Origin: Eubacteriales bacterium
GTDB lineage: Bacteria; Bacillota; Clostridia; Oscillospirales; JAAYXM01
Assembly (NCBI GenBank): GCA_045580305.1
Contig: JAZNNQ010000001.1
Location: 115,340-179,339, forward strand
DNA length: 64,000 nucleotides
Direction: 5' to 3'
The notes beneath the pieces are model-generated. The model searched no databases, was not told the DNA's origin, and worked only from the letters and a program-made list of their open reading frames with translations. A program made the position numbers and the translations under genes. Shown here one piece after another: positions 1-9,073 of this stretch (within the stretch, counting starts at the first letter, position 1; every line of letters starts with the position of its first letter).

Positions 1-1
1 C

Positions 2-376
2 TATCTGACCAATTCTCAGCTTTGGCAGATCGAGGATAGTTGGGACGGCTTTAAGTGGCTTATGCCAGATGAGAGTGATAGAAATATTTTAGCCTTTATA
101 AGACGAAATAAAAGGGGAGAGACCCTTGTTGTGGTTTGTAACTTTTCACCGGTCAGGTGGGAGGGTGCAACCATACCGGTTCCAAGTTCAGGTAATTATG
201 TTCCGGTGTTTACCACCGAGGAGGAGCGCTTTGGCGGTGCAGGTAATAATCTGCGAACCGTTTCAAGTACTCGTGCCAATTACGGCGAGTTTTCTCACGG
301 AATAGTTACAGATATATTACCCATGAGCGTAACAGTCTATCGACGCGAATGTAAAAAATCAGCAAAGGAGAGATAG
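2..376 (+). CDS. glgB: 1,4-alpha-glucan branching enzyme, C-terminal part (5' end outside window)
   Basis: The frame is open from base 2 ([34 protein letters not shown]...VVVCNFSPV), a typical GlgB C-terminus, and lies directly upstream of glgC. Confidence 0.9.
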   Translation, partial: YLTNSQLWQIEDSWDGFKWLMPDESDRNILAFIRRNKRGETLVVVCNFSPVRWEGATIPVPSSGNYVPVFTTEEERFGGAGNNLRTVSSTRANYGEFSHGIVTDILPMSVTVYRRECKKSAKER

Positions 377-377
377 T

Positions 378-1562
378 ATGACTACGAAAAAAGAATGTAT
401 CGCAATGCTGCTTGCCGGCGGACAGGGAAGCCGTCTTGGTGTGCTTACCAAGAATGTTGCAAAACCTGCTGTGCCTTTTGGTGGCAAATATCGCATTATT
501 GATTTCCCGCTGTCTAACTGTGTAAACTCCGGTATTGATACCGTCGGTGTTCTTACACAGTATCAACCTCTTGAGCTTAATACCTATATCGGCAACGGCC
601 AGCCCTGGGATCTCGACCGTACCCGTGGCGGTGTGGCGATTCTCCCGCCTTATATGACCAGCACCAGAGGTGACTGGTATAAGGGTACAGCGAATGCTGT
701 TTGCCAGAACATCAACTTCGTTGATGCATATGACCCGGATTATGTGCTTGTTCTGTCAGGTGACCACATCTATAAAATGAACTACGACTGGATGCTCAAG
801 GAGCATCAGGAAAAGGGTGCTGATTGTACCATAGCGGTAATCGATGTTCCCCTTGAGGAGGCATCCCGTTTCGGTATTATGAACACCCGTGACGATAACC
901 GTATTTACGAATTTGAAGAGAAGCCCAAGAACCCCAAGAGCACAAAGGCTTCTATGGGTGTTTACATCTTCAATTGGCAGGTTCTCCGTCGTTATCTCGT
1001 TGAGGACGAGCGCGACGAAAACAGCAAGAACGACTTTGGCCATGACATCATTCCCAAAATGCTCAGTGATGGTCTTAAGATGTATGCATATGAGTATAAG
1101 GGCTACTGGAAGGATGTAGGTACCATCGACAGCCTTTGGGAGGCTAATATGGACATTCTCCGTAAGGGTAGCGGACTTATTCTCCACGATGAATACTGGC
1201 GCATCTACGCGCGTAATCCCGCACTTCCGCCTCAGTATATTGCAGCGGGTGCAAAGGTTCGTCATTCACTGATTGCCGAAGGTTGTAATGTCGAAGGCGA
1301 GGTTACAAACTCTATTATTTTCTACGGTGTAACCGTTGAAAAGGGCGCTGTGATCCGTGACTCCATCATTATGCCGGGCAGCGTCATCAAAGCAGGCGCT
1401 AAGGTCGAGTGCTCAATTTTGGCAGAGCATGTAACCGTCGGTGCAGGCGCAACAGTGGGTGAGTGCCTGGAGGATAAAAAGATAGCCGTTTTAGGCAGCG
1501 GCGTTGTCATTGCTGACAATGCAAATGTACCGGCAGGCGAAATGCTTGCGGCAGAAGAATAA
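378..1562 (+). CDS. glgC: Glucose-1-phosphate adenylyltransferase
   Basis: [39 protein letters not shown] motifs; RBS aaggag. Confidence 0.97.
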   Translation: MTTKKECIAMLLAGGQGSRLGVLTKNVAKPAVPFGGKYRIIDFPLSNCVNSGIDTVGVLTQYQPLELNTYIGNGQPWDLDRTRGGVAILPPYMTSTRGDWYKGTANAVCQNINFVDAYDPDYVLVLSGDHIYKMNYDWMLKEHQEKGADCTIAVIDVPLEEASRFGIMNTRDDNRIYEFEEKPKNPKSTKASMGVYIFNWQVLRRYLVEDERDENSKNDFGHDIIPKMLSDGLKMYAYEYKGYWKDVGTIDSLWEANMDILRKGSGLILHDEYWRIYARNPALPPQYIAAGAKVRHSLIAEGCNVEGEVTNSIIFYGVTVEKGAVIRDSIIMPGSVIKAGAKVECSILAEHVTVGAGATVGECLEDKKIAVLGSGVVIADNANVPAGEMLAAEE

Positions 1563-1574
1563 GGGGGTGTCGTT

Positions 1575-2693
1575 ATGATGAAGGAAACATTAGGTATCAT
1601 CTTGGTTCAGGAACGCTTTAACGCTATGCGTGAGCTTACCATGCACCGTACAATCGCATCCGTTCCTTTTGGCGGCCGTTACCGCCTTATCGACTTTACT
1701 TTATCAAGCCTTGTTAATTCCGGCGTTCGCGAGGTAGGCATTTCTACAAGAAGTAATTTCTACTCTCTTATGGATCATATCGGTTCCGGTAAGGTTTGGG
1801 ACTTAAACCGTAAAAAAGGCGGCCTCACCGTGTTCCCGCAGTCGGGATCCACTACCGGAAGTCTGGCCGGCGCAAGCAAGGTGGAAACACTTTACAGTAT
1901 GCTGGACTACATTCGTCGCAGCCGCGCAAAGTATGTTCTTGTTTGTGACTCAAATATTGTTGGTAATATTGATTATAATAAGTTATTGGAATACCACATT
2001 GAAAAGCACGCATATTTAACCGTCGCTTATCAGAAGGATGTATTTGATCCTTCACGCTTCCACGGTAATGCATTCCTTGATGTCGACGACAATGGTCGCG
2101 TAATAGATGTTACCATCGACCAGGGTATCCAGCTTCACAGCAAGATGGCTCTCGGTATCTATATTATCGAGCGCGAGCTTCTTGAATTCCTTGTCAGCCA
2201 GTGTATGGCCCACAATAAACTTGATTTTGAGCGCAATATCCTTCAGGAAATGGCGCAGGATCTCGATATTTACGGCTGGTGCTGTGATGAATATGTGGAG
2301 AAGGTTGACTCTATTGAGACCTTCCTGCATGCTAATATGGCACTTCTTGACCCGGAAATCAGAAACGATTTGTTCTCCGGCGATAAGATTTACACCAAGG
2401 TTCGTGATGAAATGCCTACTCAGCACGGTGAAGAGGCTGAGGTTGTTAATTCTATGCTTGCTGACGGTTGTATTATCGAGGGCAAGGTTGAAAATTCAAT
2501 TATCTTCCGTTCTGTAAAGGTGGCAAAGGGCGCAGTGGTAAAGAATTCAATTATTATGCAGTCCACCGAGATCGGCGAGGATGCGGTTGTTGAAAACTGC
2601 ATCACTGATAAAAATGTTGTTATATCCAACGGTATGAAAATCGTTGGTGCTCCAAATTATCCCCTTGTTATTGCCAAGGGAAGTAAAATTTAA
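1575..2693 (+). CDS. glgD: ADP-glucose pyrophosphorylase subunit GlgD
   Basis: GlgC paralogue (ASVPFGGRYRLIDFTLS, WDLNRKKGGL) lacking the GGxGxRL motif; follows glgC as in Firmicutes. Confidence 0.95.
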   Translation: MMKETLGIILVQERFNAMRELTMHRTIASVPFGGRYRLIDFTLSSLVNSGVREVGISTRSNFYSLMDHIGSGKVWDLNRKKGGLTVFPQSGSTTGSLAGASKVETLYSMLDYIRRSRAKYVLVCDSNIVGNIDYNKLLEYHIEKHAYLTVAYQKDVFDPSRFHGNAFLDVDDNGRVIDVTIDQGIQLHSKMALGIYIIERELLEFLVSQCMAHNKLDFERNILQEMAQDLDIYGWCCDEYVEKVDSIETFLHANMALLDPEIRNDLFSGDKIYTKVRDEMPTQHGEEAEVVNSMLADGCIIEGKVENSIIFRSVKVAKGAVVKNSIIMQSTEIGEDAVVENCITDKNVVISNGMKIVGAPNYPLVIAKGSKI

Positions 2694-2709
2694 GTAAGGA
2701 GAGAGTAAT

Positions 2710-4137
2710 ATGAAGATATTATTTGCAGCATCTGAGGCAGTTCCTTATGTGAAATCCGGCGGCTTAGGCGATGTTATCGGCTCGCTCCCGCCCTCACTTG
2801 TCAGTGAAGAGTGCGAGGTTTCCGTTGTTCTTCCTTTATATGATGCGGTACCTCAAGAGGTTCGTGAGCGCCTTACCTTTATCACAAGCGTATATGTACC
2901 CGTTGCTTGGCGTAGCCAGTACTGTGGCATTTTCAAGCTTGAGGAAAACGGTGTTACTTGGTACTTTGTCGATAACGAGTACTATTTCAGACGCGGAACT
3001 TTGTATGGTGCATATGATGATGGTGAGAGATTTTCTTTCTTCTCCCGCGCGGTACTGACACTTATCGGAACACTCGGCGAAAAGCCCGATGTTATCCATT
3101 GTCACGACTGGCAGACCGCTTTGGTACCGGTATTCCTTCGTACCGTGTATGCAACTGACCCTGCATATGCAGGTATCAAGACCGTGTTCACCATTCACAA
3201 TATCGAGTATCAGGGCAGATTTGGCCGCGACATTATGGAAAATGTTCTTGGCCTTCCGTATGAGTTGTTTGATAACGGCGTAATGCGCCATGACCGCGAT
3301 GTTAACCTTTTAAAGAGCGCTATTATCTTCGCGGATAAGGTTACAACTGTAAGCCCCACATATGCTGAAGAAATTAAAACTGCTGCATATGGTCACGGCT
3401 TGGAGTCTGTTTTGAACCGCGAAGCACACAAACTTTCCGGTATCATCAACGGTATCGATATGAACATCTCACCCAAGAACGACCCACGCATTTTCAAGAA
3501 CTACACAGATCGTAGTCTTAAGAATAAGAAGGAGAACAAGGACGCTGTACGGGAATTTGTAAATCTTCCTGTACGCGACGATGTTCCGCTTATTGCTATG
3601 GTTACTCGTCTTGTAAAGCATAAAGGTATGGATCTCGTGTGTGAAGTTCTCGATCGACTCCTTGATATGGATGTTCAGGTGGTTGTACTCGGTAGCGGTG
3701 ACTGGCAGTATGAGCAGTTCCTCCGCGACAAAGCTTGGCAGTATCCCACAAAGCTTGCTGTAAATATCGGTTTTAATGCTGACCTTGCACAGAAGTTCTA
3801 TGCAGGTGCAGATATTTTCCTTATGCCGTCCCAGAGCGAGCCTTGTGGTCTTGCACAGATGATAGCTATGCACTATGGCACAATTCCGGTAGTCCGCGAG
3901 ACCGGCGGTCTTCGCGACACTGTAATTCCGTACAATAAGTATACAAATCAGGGACTCGGCTTCTCATTCTCTCAGTATGATGCAAACGATATGTTCAATA
4001 TCCTCTGCAATGCGATCGCTCTTTGGAATGATGACCGCACTTCATGGGAGAAAATGATGCGCCGTGGAATGAAGTACGACTTCTCATGGAAGAGTTCTGC
4101 AGAGAAATACACCGAGTTATATCGCGAGCTTATATAA
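2710..4137 (+). CDS. glgA: Glycogen synthase
   Basis: KSGGLGDV, HCHDWQT, TIHNIEYQG, EPCGLAQM, TGGLRDTV motifs. Confidence 0.97.
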   Translation: MKILFAASEAVPYVKSGGLGDVIGSLPPSLVSEECEVSVVLPLYDAVPQEVRERLTFITSVYVPVAWRSQYCGIFKLEENGVTWYFVDNEYYFRRGTLYGAYDDGERFSFFSRAVLTLIGTLGEKPDVIHCHDWQTALVPVFLRTVYATDPAYAGIKTVFTIHNIEYQGRFGRDIMENVLGLPYELFDNGVMRHDRDVNLLKSAIIFADKVTTVSPTYAEEIKTAAYGHGLESVLNREAHKLSGIINGIDMNISPKNDPRIFKNYTDRSLKNKKENKDAVREFVNLPVRDDVPLIAMVTRLVKHKGMDLVCEVLDRLLDMDVQVVVLGSGDWQYEQFLRDKAWQYPTKLAVNIGFNADLAQKFYAGADIFLMPSQSEPCGLAQMIAMHYGTIPVVRETGGLRDTVIPYNKYTNQGLGFSFSQYDANDMFNILCNAIALWNDDRTSWEKMMRRGMKYDFSWKSSAEKYTELYRELI

Positions 4138-4165
4138 AAGTTTCCGGTTTTGAAAGGGGATATAT

Positions 4166-6568
4166 ATGACACAAAAGGAACTAAAAAGCGCCCTCGAGGG
4201 AAAATTACGCCGCCACTTTGGCCGTGACCCCGAGGACGCTACAATAGAGCAGGTATATATGACCTGTGCATTCTTGGTGCGAGATATTTTAATGGAAAAG
4301 TGGGTCAAAACCGCTGAAGCTGTTGAAAAGACCGCACCCAAACAGATCTATTATCTGTCTATGGAATTTTTAGTTGGCAGAAGTCTTAAAAGCAATCTGT
4401 TTAACTTAGGCTTGCTTGACGCTTTCAAAAAGTGCGTTAAGAGCCAGTTTAAGGTTGATTTTGATGATCTTTTAGATATCGAGCGCGATGCAGGTCTCGG
4501 TAACGGCGGACTTGGCCGTCTTGCAGCCTGCTATCAGGACGCTCTTGCTACCGGCGGATATCCTGCATGGGGCTTTTCCATTCTTTACGAATACGGTATC
4601 TTCAAGCAGCGCATCGTTGACGGTGAGCAGGTAGAGCTTCCCGATGAATGGCTCAACACCGGTGGCGCTTGGCTTGTACCTAATCTTGACGAGACCCGTG
4701 AGGTTCGCTTCGGCGGTTGGATCGAGGAATGTTGGGAGAATGATCGTCTTGTATTCAAACACCACGACTATGATCTCGTTTTAGCGGTACCGCACGATAT
4801 GTTCGTTTCCGGCTACAAGAGCGATACGGTATCTCCCTTAAGACTATGGCGCGCAAAGAGCAAGGAAACCATCGATATGAGCCTTTTTGCAAAAGGTCAG
4901 TATGTCCGTGCTACTGAGCAGGAGGCTATGGCTGCTGCTATTTCAAAGGTTTTATATCCTGAAGATAACCATCCGGAGGGTAAATCTCTTCGCTTAAAGC
5001 AGCAGTATTTCTTTACTTCTGCTACCATTCAGTTTATCGTGGCTGAGCACAAAAAGCGTCACGGTACTGTTCATAACCTTGCAGATCATGTTGTTATCCA
5101 TGTTAATGATACCCATCCTACCGTTGCTATTCCGGAGCTTATGCGTATCCTTATGGATGAGGAAGGCCTTGGCTGGGATGAGGCTTGGAACATTGTTTCA
5201 CGCTCAATTGCCTATACTAACCATACGGTTATGGCTGAAGCTCTTGAGCGCTGGACTGTATCCCTTTTCAGTTCACTTCTTCCGCGTCTCTGGCAGATCG
5301 TGCAGGAAATCGACCGCCGTTTCTGCTGTGAGCTTCGTGAGAAAATTCCTTATGATGATGCCCGCATTAAGCGTATGTCTATCATTTGTGATAATGAAGT
5401 TCGTATGGCAAACCTCTGTGTTGCCGGTACCTTCTCTACGAATGGCGTTTCCGCATTACACAGTGAGATATTAAAGGACGATGTGTTTAACGAGTTCTAT
5501 ACACTCTATCCGGAGAAGTTTACCAATGTTACCAACGGTATTGCTATCCGTCGTTGGAGTGCACAGTCCAACCCCGAGCTTAATAAGTTAATCAATGAGC
5601 TTATCGGCGGCGACTATTTAAAGAACCCGAGCGAGCTTGAGAAGCTTATTAAGTTCAAGGACGATAAAGAGGTTGCAAAACAGCTTGAGAAGATCAAAAA
5701 GAACAATAAAGAGCGTTTTGTTAAGCGTTACGGTATCCGTAATATCGACGGCGCTATCTTTGATGTACAGGCAAAGCGTCTGCACGAGTATAAGCGCCAG
5801 CTCTTAAATGTTTTAAAGATTATGCGTGATTATCACAGAATCATTGATAATCCCAATGGTGACTTCCAGCCGAAGATTTACTTCTTTGCGGCAAAGGCTG
5901 CGCCCGGCTATGTTATGGCTAAGAGAATTATTAAGCTTATCCATTCTCTTCGCAGCGAGATTGAGGCCCATCCTGTTGCATCCAAGTACCTCCAGGTAGT
6001 ATTCCTTGAGGACTACAGTGTAACCTTGGCTGAGTGTTTAATTCCTGCGGCTGAAGTTTCCGAGCAGATTTCAATTGCAGGTAAGGAAGCATCCGGTACC
6101 GGTAATATGAAGTTTATGTTAAACGGCGCACTTACTCTCGGTACTATGGACGGTGCTAATGTTGAGATTTGTGAGTCTGTTGGTCGTGAGAACATCTACA
6201 TCTTTGGTATGACCAGCGATGAAGTAGATCAGAAGAGACCGAACTATGCACCGCACAGCTACTATGAGCACAACCCCGAACTCCGTCGTATTCTTGATCA
6301 TTTAAGAAACGGAATCGGTGTTGGCATTCACAGAGATGCATACCCCAATGTTGTTAACAGTCTTGTTATGAATGATACCTATATGTTACTTGCTGACTTT
6401 GAGGACTACTGCCGCGTTGCAGACACTTTAGCGGCTGATTATGCTGACCAGCTTACTTGGAACAGCAAATCCCTCGTTAATATTGCGAAAGCAGGTCGTT
6501 TTGCCGCAGATCGCAGTATCTATGAGTATGCAAACAACATTTGGGGTATCAAGCCGTTAGAATTATGA
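4166..6568 (+). CDS. glgP: Glycogen/starch phosphorylase
   Basis: GLGNGGLGRLAAC, NDTHP, KRLHEYKRQLLN, EASGTGNMK (PLP lysine). Confidence 0.97.
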   Translation: MTQKELKSALEGKLRRHFGRDPEDATIEQVYMTCAFLVRDILMEKWVKTAEAVEKTAPKQIYYLSMEFLVGRSLKSNLFNLGLLDAFKKCVKSQFKVDFDDLLDIERDAGLGNGGLGRLAACYQDALATGGYPAWGFSILYEYGIFKQRIVDGEQVELPDEWLNTGGAWLVPNLDETREVRFGGWIEECWENDRLVFKHHDYDLVLAVPHDMFVSGYKSDTVSPLRLWRAKSKETIDMSLFAKGQYVRATEQEAMAAAISKVLYPEDNHPEGKSLRLKQQYFFTSATIQFIVAEHKKRHGTVHNLADHVVIHVNDTHPTVAIPELMRILMDEEGLGWDEAWNIVSRSIAYTNHTVMAEALERWTVSLFSSLLPRLWQIVQEIDRRFCCELREKIPYDDARIKRMSIICDNEVRMANLCVAGTFSTNGVSALHSEILKDDVFNEFYTLYPEKFTNVTNGIAIRRWSAQSNPELNKLINELIGGDYLKNPSELEKLIKFKDDKEVAKQLEKIKKNNKERFVKRYGIRNIDGAIFDVQAKRLHEYKRQLLNVLKIMRDYHRIIDNPNGDFQPKIYFFAAKAAPGYVMAKRIIKLIHSLRSEIEAHPVASKYLQVVFLEDYSVTLAECLIPAAEVSEQISIAGKEASGTGNMKFMLNGALTLGTMDGANVEICESVGRENIYIFGMTSDEVDQKRPNYAPHSYYEHNPELRRILDHLRNGIGVGIHRDAYPNVVNSLVMNDTYMLLADFEDYCRVADTLAADYADQLTWNSKSLVNIAKAGRFAADRSIYEYANNIWGIKPLEL

Positions 6569-8325
6569 TAAAATTTGCTCCACTTGGTACGGCGGAGCAG
6601 GGCGAGTGCGTGTGCTTTCGGGCACACGCACTTCGTAGTACTCACCCGTACCTTTACTTAAGTGTTTACTCCGATGACAGAAGCTTTAACATCACCGAAA
6701 AAATGGAATGGATAGAGCTTTTGGACAACGGTGAGGATGTGTACGAGTTTTGTCTCGATACCTCCGATATGCGCGGCCTCTACTGGTATACAGCAGGGGA
6801 AGAGGTATATCAGTTGTCGATTTATGATAAGAACATTGCGCCGCCGGAGTGGTATGGAAAAGGCGTTACTTATCACATTTTTGTTGACAGATTTAATCGC
6901 GGGAGCACGAAACCGTTGGATAGTGACCCGGATTTTCGCGTGCATCACAATACCGAGGAAATACCGGATTATCTTCCAAATGAGATAAACGGCGATATTT
7001 TTGGCGGTGATCTTGCGGGTATACGAAAAAAACTACCGTATTTAAAATCCTTAGGTGTAAAAACACTGTATTTAAGTCCGATTTTTGAGGCGTGGTCAAA
7101 TCATAAGTACAATACTGCGGACTTTTCAAAGATCGATTCTCATTTTGGCACTGATGCTGACCTTAAAAAGCTTTGCAACAGTGCTAAGCGGCACGGTATG
7201 CGCGTTATTTTGGACGGTGTGTTCAATCATGTGGGTTCAGACAGTATTTATTTCAACCGCGAGGGAAGATACGACACCATTGGTGCCTATCAGTCTGAAG
7301 AGTCGCCATATCGCAGCTGGTTCAACTTTTATGATGGTACCTATGAGTCCTGGTGGGGCATTTTAACACTGCCACAGGTCCGTGAAAATGAAGAGAGTTA
7401 TAAGGCTCACATCGCTGAAATTGCAAGACATTGGATGGATTGCGGAATTTCCGGCTGGCGACTTGATGTTGCCGATGAATTACCCGATGAGTTTATTGCT
7501 CATTTATATGATGTGGTAAAGTCCAAAAAGAACGATGCTCTTATTATCGGTGAAGTGTGGGAAGATGCTTCGAATAAAATCGCATACAATACGCGTCGTA
7601 AGTATTTTACCGAGCGTGAGCTCGACGGCGTAATGAATTATCCAATAAAGGATGCCATTCTCGGCTTTGTAAGCGGCTCTATGAGTGCTGAAGACTCTGC
7701 TGACATAATGCGCACCATCGCACTTCATTACCCGAAAAAAGTTCTCCACTCGCTTATGAACCATATCGGCACACACGATACCGTGCGCGCTCTGACCGCC
7801 CTTGCTCGGCCTGATATAAAAGATATGACACGAGAACAACAGGCGCATTTTAGGCTCAATGAGGACGAAATAAAGCTCGGTAAAGCCCGCCTTATGCGCG
7901 CCGCAACCCTTCAGTATTCTTATCCCGGATCACCAACGATTTATTACGGTGACGAGGTCGGAATGCAGGGAGGTGCCGATCCTTTTAACCGCGCATATTA
8001 CCCATGGGGTAAAGAGGATAATGAGCTTTGTGAGTTTTACAAAAAACTGGGACAGCTTAAAAATAACTCTACAGCCATGCAATATGGTGATTTTGCGGTT
8101 GAGGTGCAGGATGATGTACTTATCTGTGAGCGGCAGGATGAAAAACAGCGCGTTCTTTTCTGCGTTGCAAACGGGGAGAAAAAACTGTATTTAAAATCTG
8201 AGTGTGGTCTTATTGATGTTTTAAACGGCAAAAAGTATCGTGCTCATTTCGGTTATGTTGTTGCAAGCATACCTGACACTGGGTTCTTAATATTGTCAAA
8301 CGATAAAGAACTATTATGTAAGTAA
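6565..8325 (+). CDS. GH13 alpha-amylase family glycosidase (neopullulanase/amylopullulanase-like)
   Basis: GH13 motifs DGVFNH, GWRLDVADE, GEVWEDA, THDT, YYGDE. The start is reassigned to ATG 6565, which overlaps the glgP stop (ATGA). Confidence 0.9.
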   Translation: MIKFAPLGTAEQGECVCFRAHALRSTHPYLYLSVYSDDRSFNITEKMEWIELLDNGEDVYEFCLDTSDMRGLYWYTAGEEVYQLSIYDKNIAPPEWYGKGVTYHIFVDRFNRGSTKPLDSDPDFRVHHNTEEIPDYLPNEINGDIFGGDLAGIRKKLPYLKSLGVKTLYLSPIFEAWSNHKYNTADFSKIDSHFGTDADLKKLCNSAKRHGMRVILDGVFNHVGSDSIYFNREGRYDTIGAYQSEESPYRSWFNFYDGTYESWWGILTLPQVRENEESYKAHIAEIARHWMDCGISGWRLDVADELPDEFIAHLYDVVKSKKNDALIIGEVWEDASNKIAYNTRRKYFTERELDGVMNYPIKDAILGFVSGSMSAEDSADIMRTIALHYPKKVLHSLMNHIGTHDTVRALTALARPDIKDMTREQQAHFRLNEDEIKLGKARLMRAATLQYSYPGSPTIYYGDEVGMQGGADPFNRAYYPWGKEDNELCEFYKKLGQLKNNSTAMQYGDFAVEVQDDVLICERQDEKQRVLFCVANGEKKLYLKSECGLIDVLNGKKYRAHFGYVVASIPDTGFLILSNDKELLCK

Positions 8326-8366
8326 AATTTTCCACCCGAGTTAAAAAACTCAGGTGGAAAATTTTT
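8325..8366 (+). terminator. Intrinsic terminator of the glycogen operon
   Basis: aaattttccacccgag / ctcaggtggaaaattt inverted repeat followed by a T-run. Confidence 0.75.
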
Positions 8367-8375
8367 AAAAAAGTG

Positions 8376-8408
8376 TTGACAAATTCTGAAAATCGGTTAT
8401 ACTATAAT
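8376..8408 (+). promoter_or_regulatory. SigA promoter for tRNA-Gln
   Basis: TTGACA at 8376-8381 and TATACT at 8398-8403 (overlapping TATAAT at 8403-8408), about 25 nt before the tRNA. Confidence 0.7.
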
Positions 8409-8431
8409 AGTTGCCACAAGGCAATGGAAAT

Positions 8432-8505
8432 AGCCGGATTGTGTAAGGGTAGCACAGCAGACTCTGACTCTGTTTGTCTGGGTTCGAATCCTAGTCCGGC
8501 TGCCA
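8432..8505 (+). tRNA. tRNA-Gln (anticodon CTG)
   Basis: Cloverleaf: acceptor AGCCGGA/TCCGGCT, D-arm GTGT/GCAC, anticodon stem GCAGA/TCTGT with loop CT-CTG-AC, T-arm CTGGG-TTCGAAT-CCTAG, encoded G-CCA end. Confidence 0.96.
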
Positions 8506-8653
8506 AAACAAATAAGCACACCACATTGTGGTGTGCTTATTTGTTTTGTAGTTAGATTTGAAGGATTCGAAAGGCGGCTCTTAACAAAGTGCCGGTGGCA
8601 CTTTGTAACCGACGTGGCTTTTCCACAGAAAAGGAACCCTAGTCCGGTTGCCA
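8500..8653 (+). repeat. tRNA-linked structured repeat unit, copy A (ends in a copy of the tRNA-Gln 3' end)
   Basis: 154-bp direct repeat of 10050-10203 with 3 mismatches. It contains a 21-bp perfect inverted repeat (8505-8547), an antisense tRNA-like segment (8548-8571), hairpins at 8584-8606 and 8618-8633, and gaaccctagtccggttgcca (8634-8653; 18/20 to the tRNA 3' end). Confidence 0.92.
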
Positions 8654-8698
8654 AAAGAAGCGAACAATTTAGATGTCATCTAAATTGTTCGCTTCTTT
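8654..8698. terminator. 22-bp perfect inverted repeat directly after the second CCA
   Basis: aaagaagcgaacaatttagatg-t-catctaaattgttcgcttcttt. Confidence 0.75.
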
Positions 8699-8810
8699 CA
8701 ATGGTTTGAGGGCTTTTTCAAAAAAGCAGTTTTGAAACAAAAGGGTAGATGTCAAGCGGTTTTGAACCAGACTTGAACTGAGGACAAAATTTAATCTGTT
8801 TAAATCTTAT

Positions 8811-8844
8811 AAAATGCTATCATTTGAGATTGATAGCATTTTTT
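8811..8844. terminator. Terminator-like hairpin upstream of the cassette-1 promoter
   Basis: aaaatgctatca / tgatagcatttt followed by Ts. Confidence 0.6.
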
Positions 8845-8847
8845 ATA

Positions 8848-8876
8848 TTGCAATAATTTCCTTAATGTGTTATACT
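8848..8876 (+). promoter_or_regulatory. SigA promoter with extended -10
   Basis: TTGCAA-17 nt-TATACT with TG at 8868-8869. Confidence 0.7.
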
Positions 8877-8881
8877 ATATT

Positions 8882-9051
8882 CGCGACATAAATCTTAATA
8901 TTTGACTTATCTCATATAAGTGTGTATTTTTTTACCTTTTGGTAAAAATGCATGCTCTATTTTCGCATACTTGTATGAGATGTCGAGATTTGTGTCGCAG
9001 CAAACGGAGTTGTGCATTTTTCAGTGCGTAGCTTCGGCTGCGCACTTTTTT
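8882..9051 (+). ncRNA. Putative structured ncRNA or attenuating leader (long rod hairpin plus UUCG terminator)
   Basis: 8883-8896 pairs with 8985-8998, 8909-8925 with 8965-8981, and 8929-8936 with 8941-8948; non-Watson-Crick pairs within these stems are G-U. Terminator agtgcgtagc-TTCG-gctgcgcact plus T-run at 9023-9051. Confidence 0.55.
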
Positions 9052-9073
9052 GTCGAGGAGGATATGATGAATA

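Noticed and set aside
8548-8653. Second tRNA gene or split tRNA
   Set aside because: Only the 3' 20 nt match the tRNA. There is no D-arm, anticodon arm or complete T-loop, so it is listed as a repeat.
8373-8654. ORFs 8373-8555 (+) and 8397-8654 (-), and the similar 10031-10345 (-)
   Set aside because: They are shadows of the tRNA and the repeat unit. Their shared peptide (GLGFLFCGKATSVTKCHRHF…) only reflects the DNA repeat, and they have no RBS.
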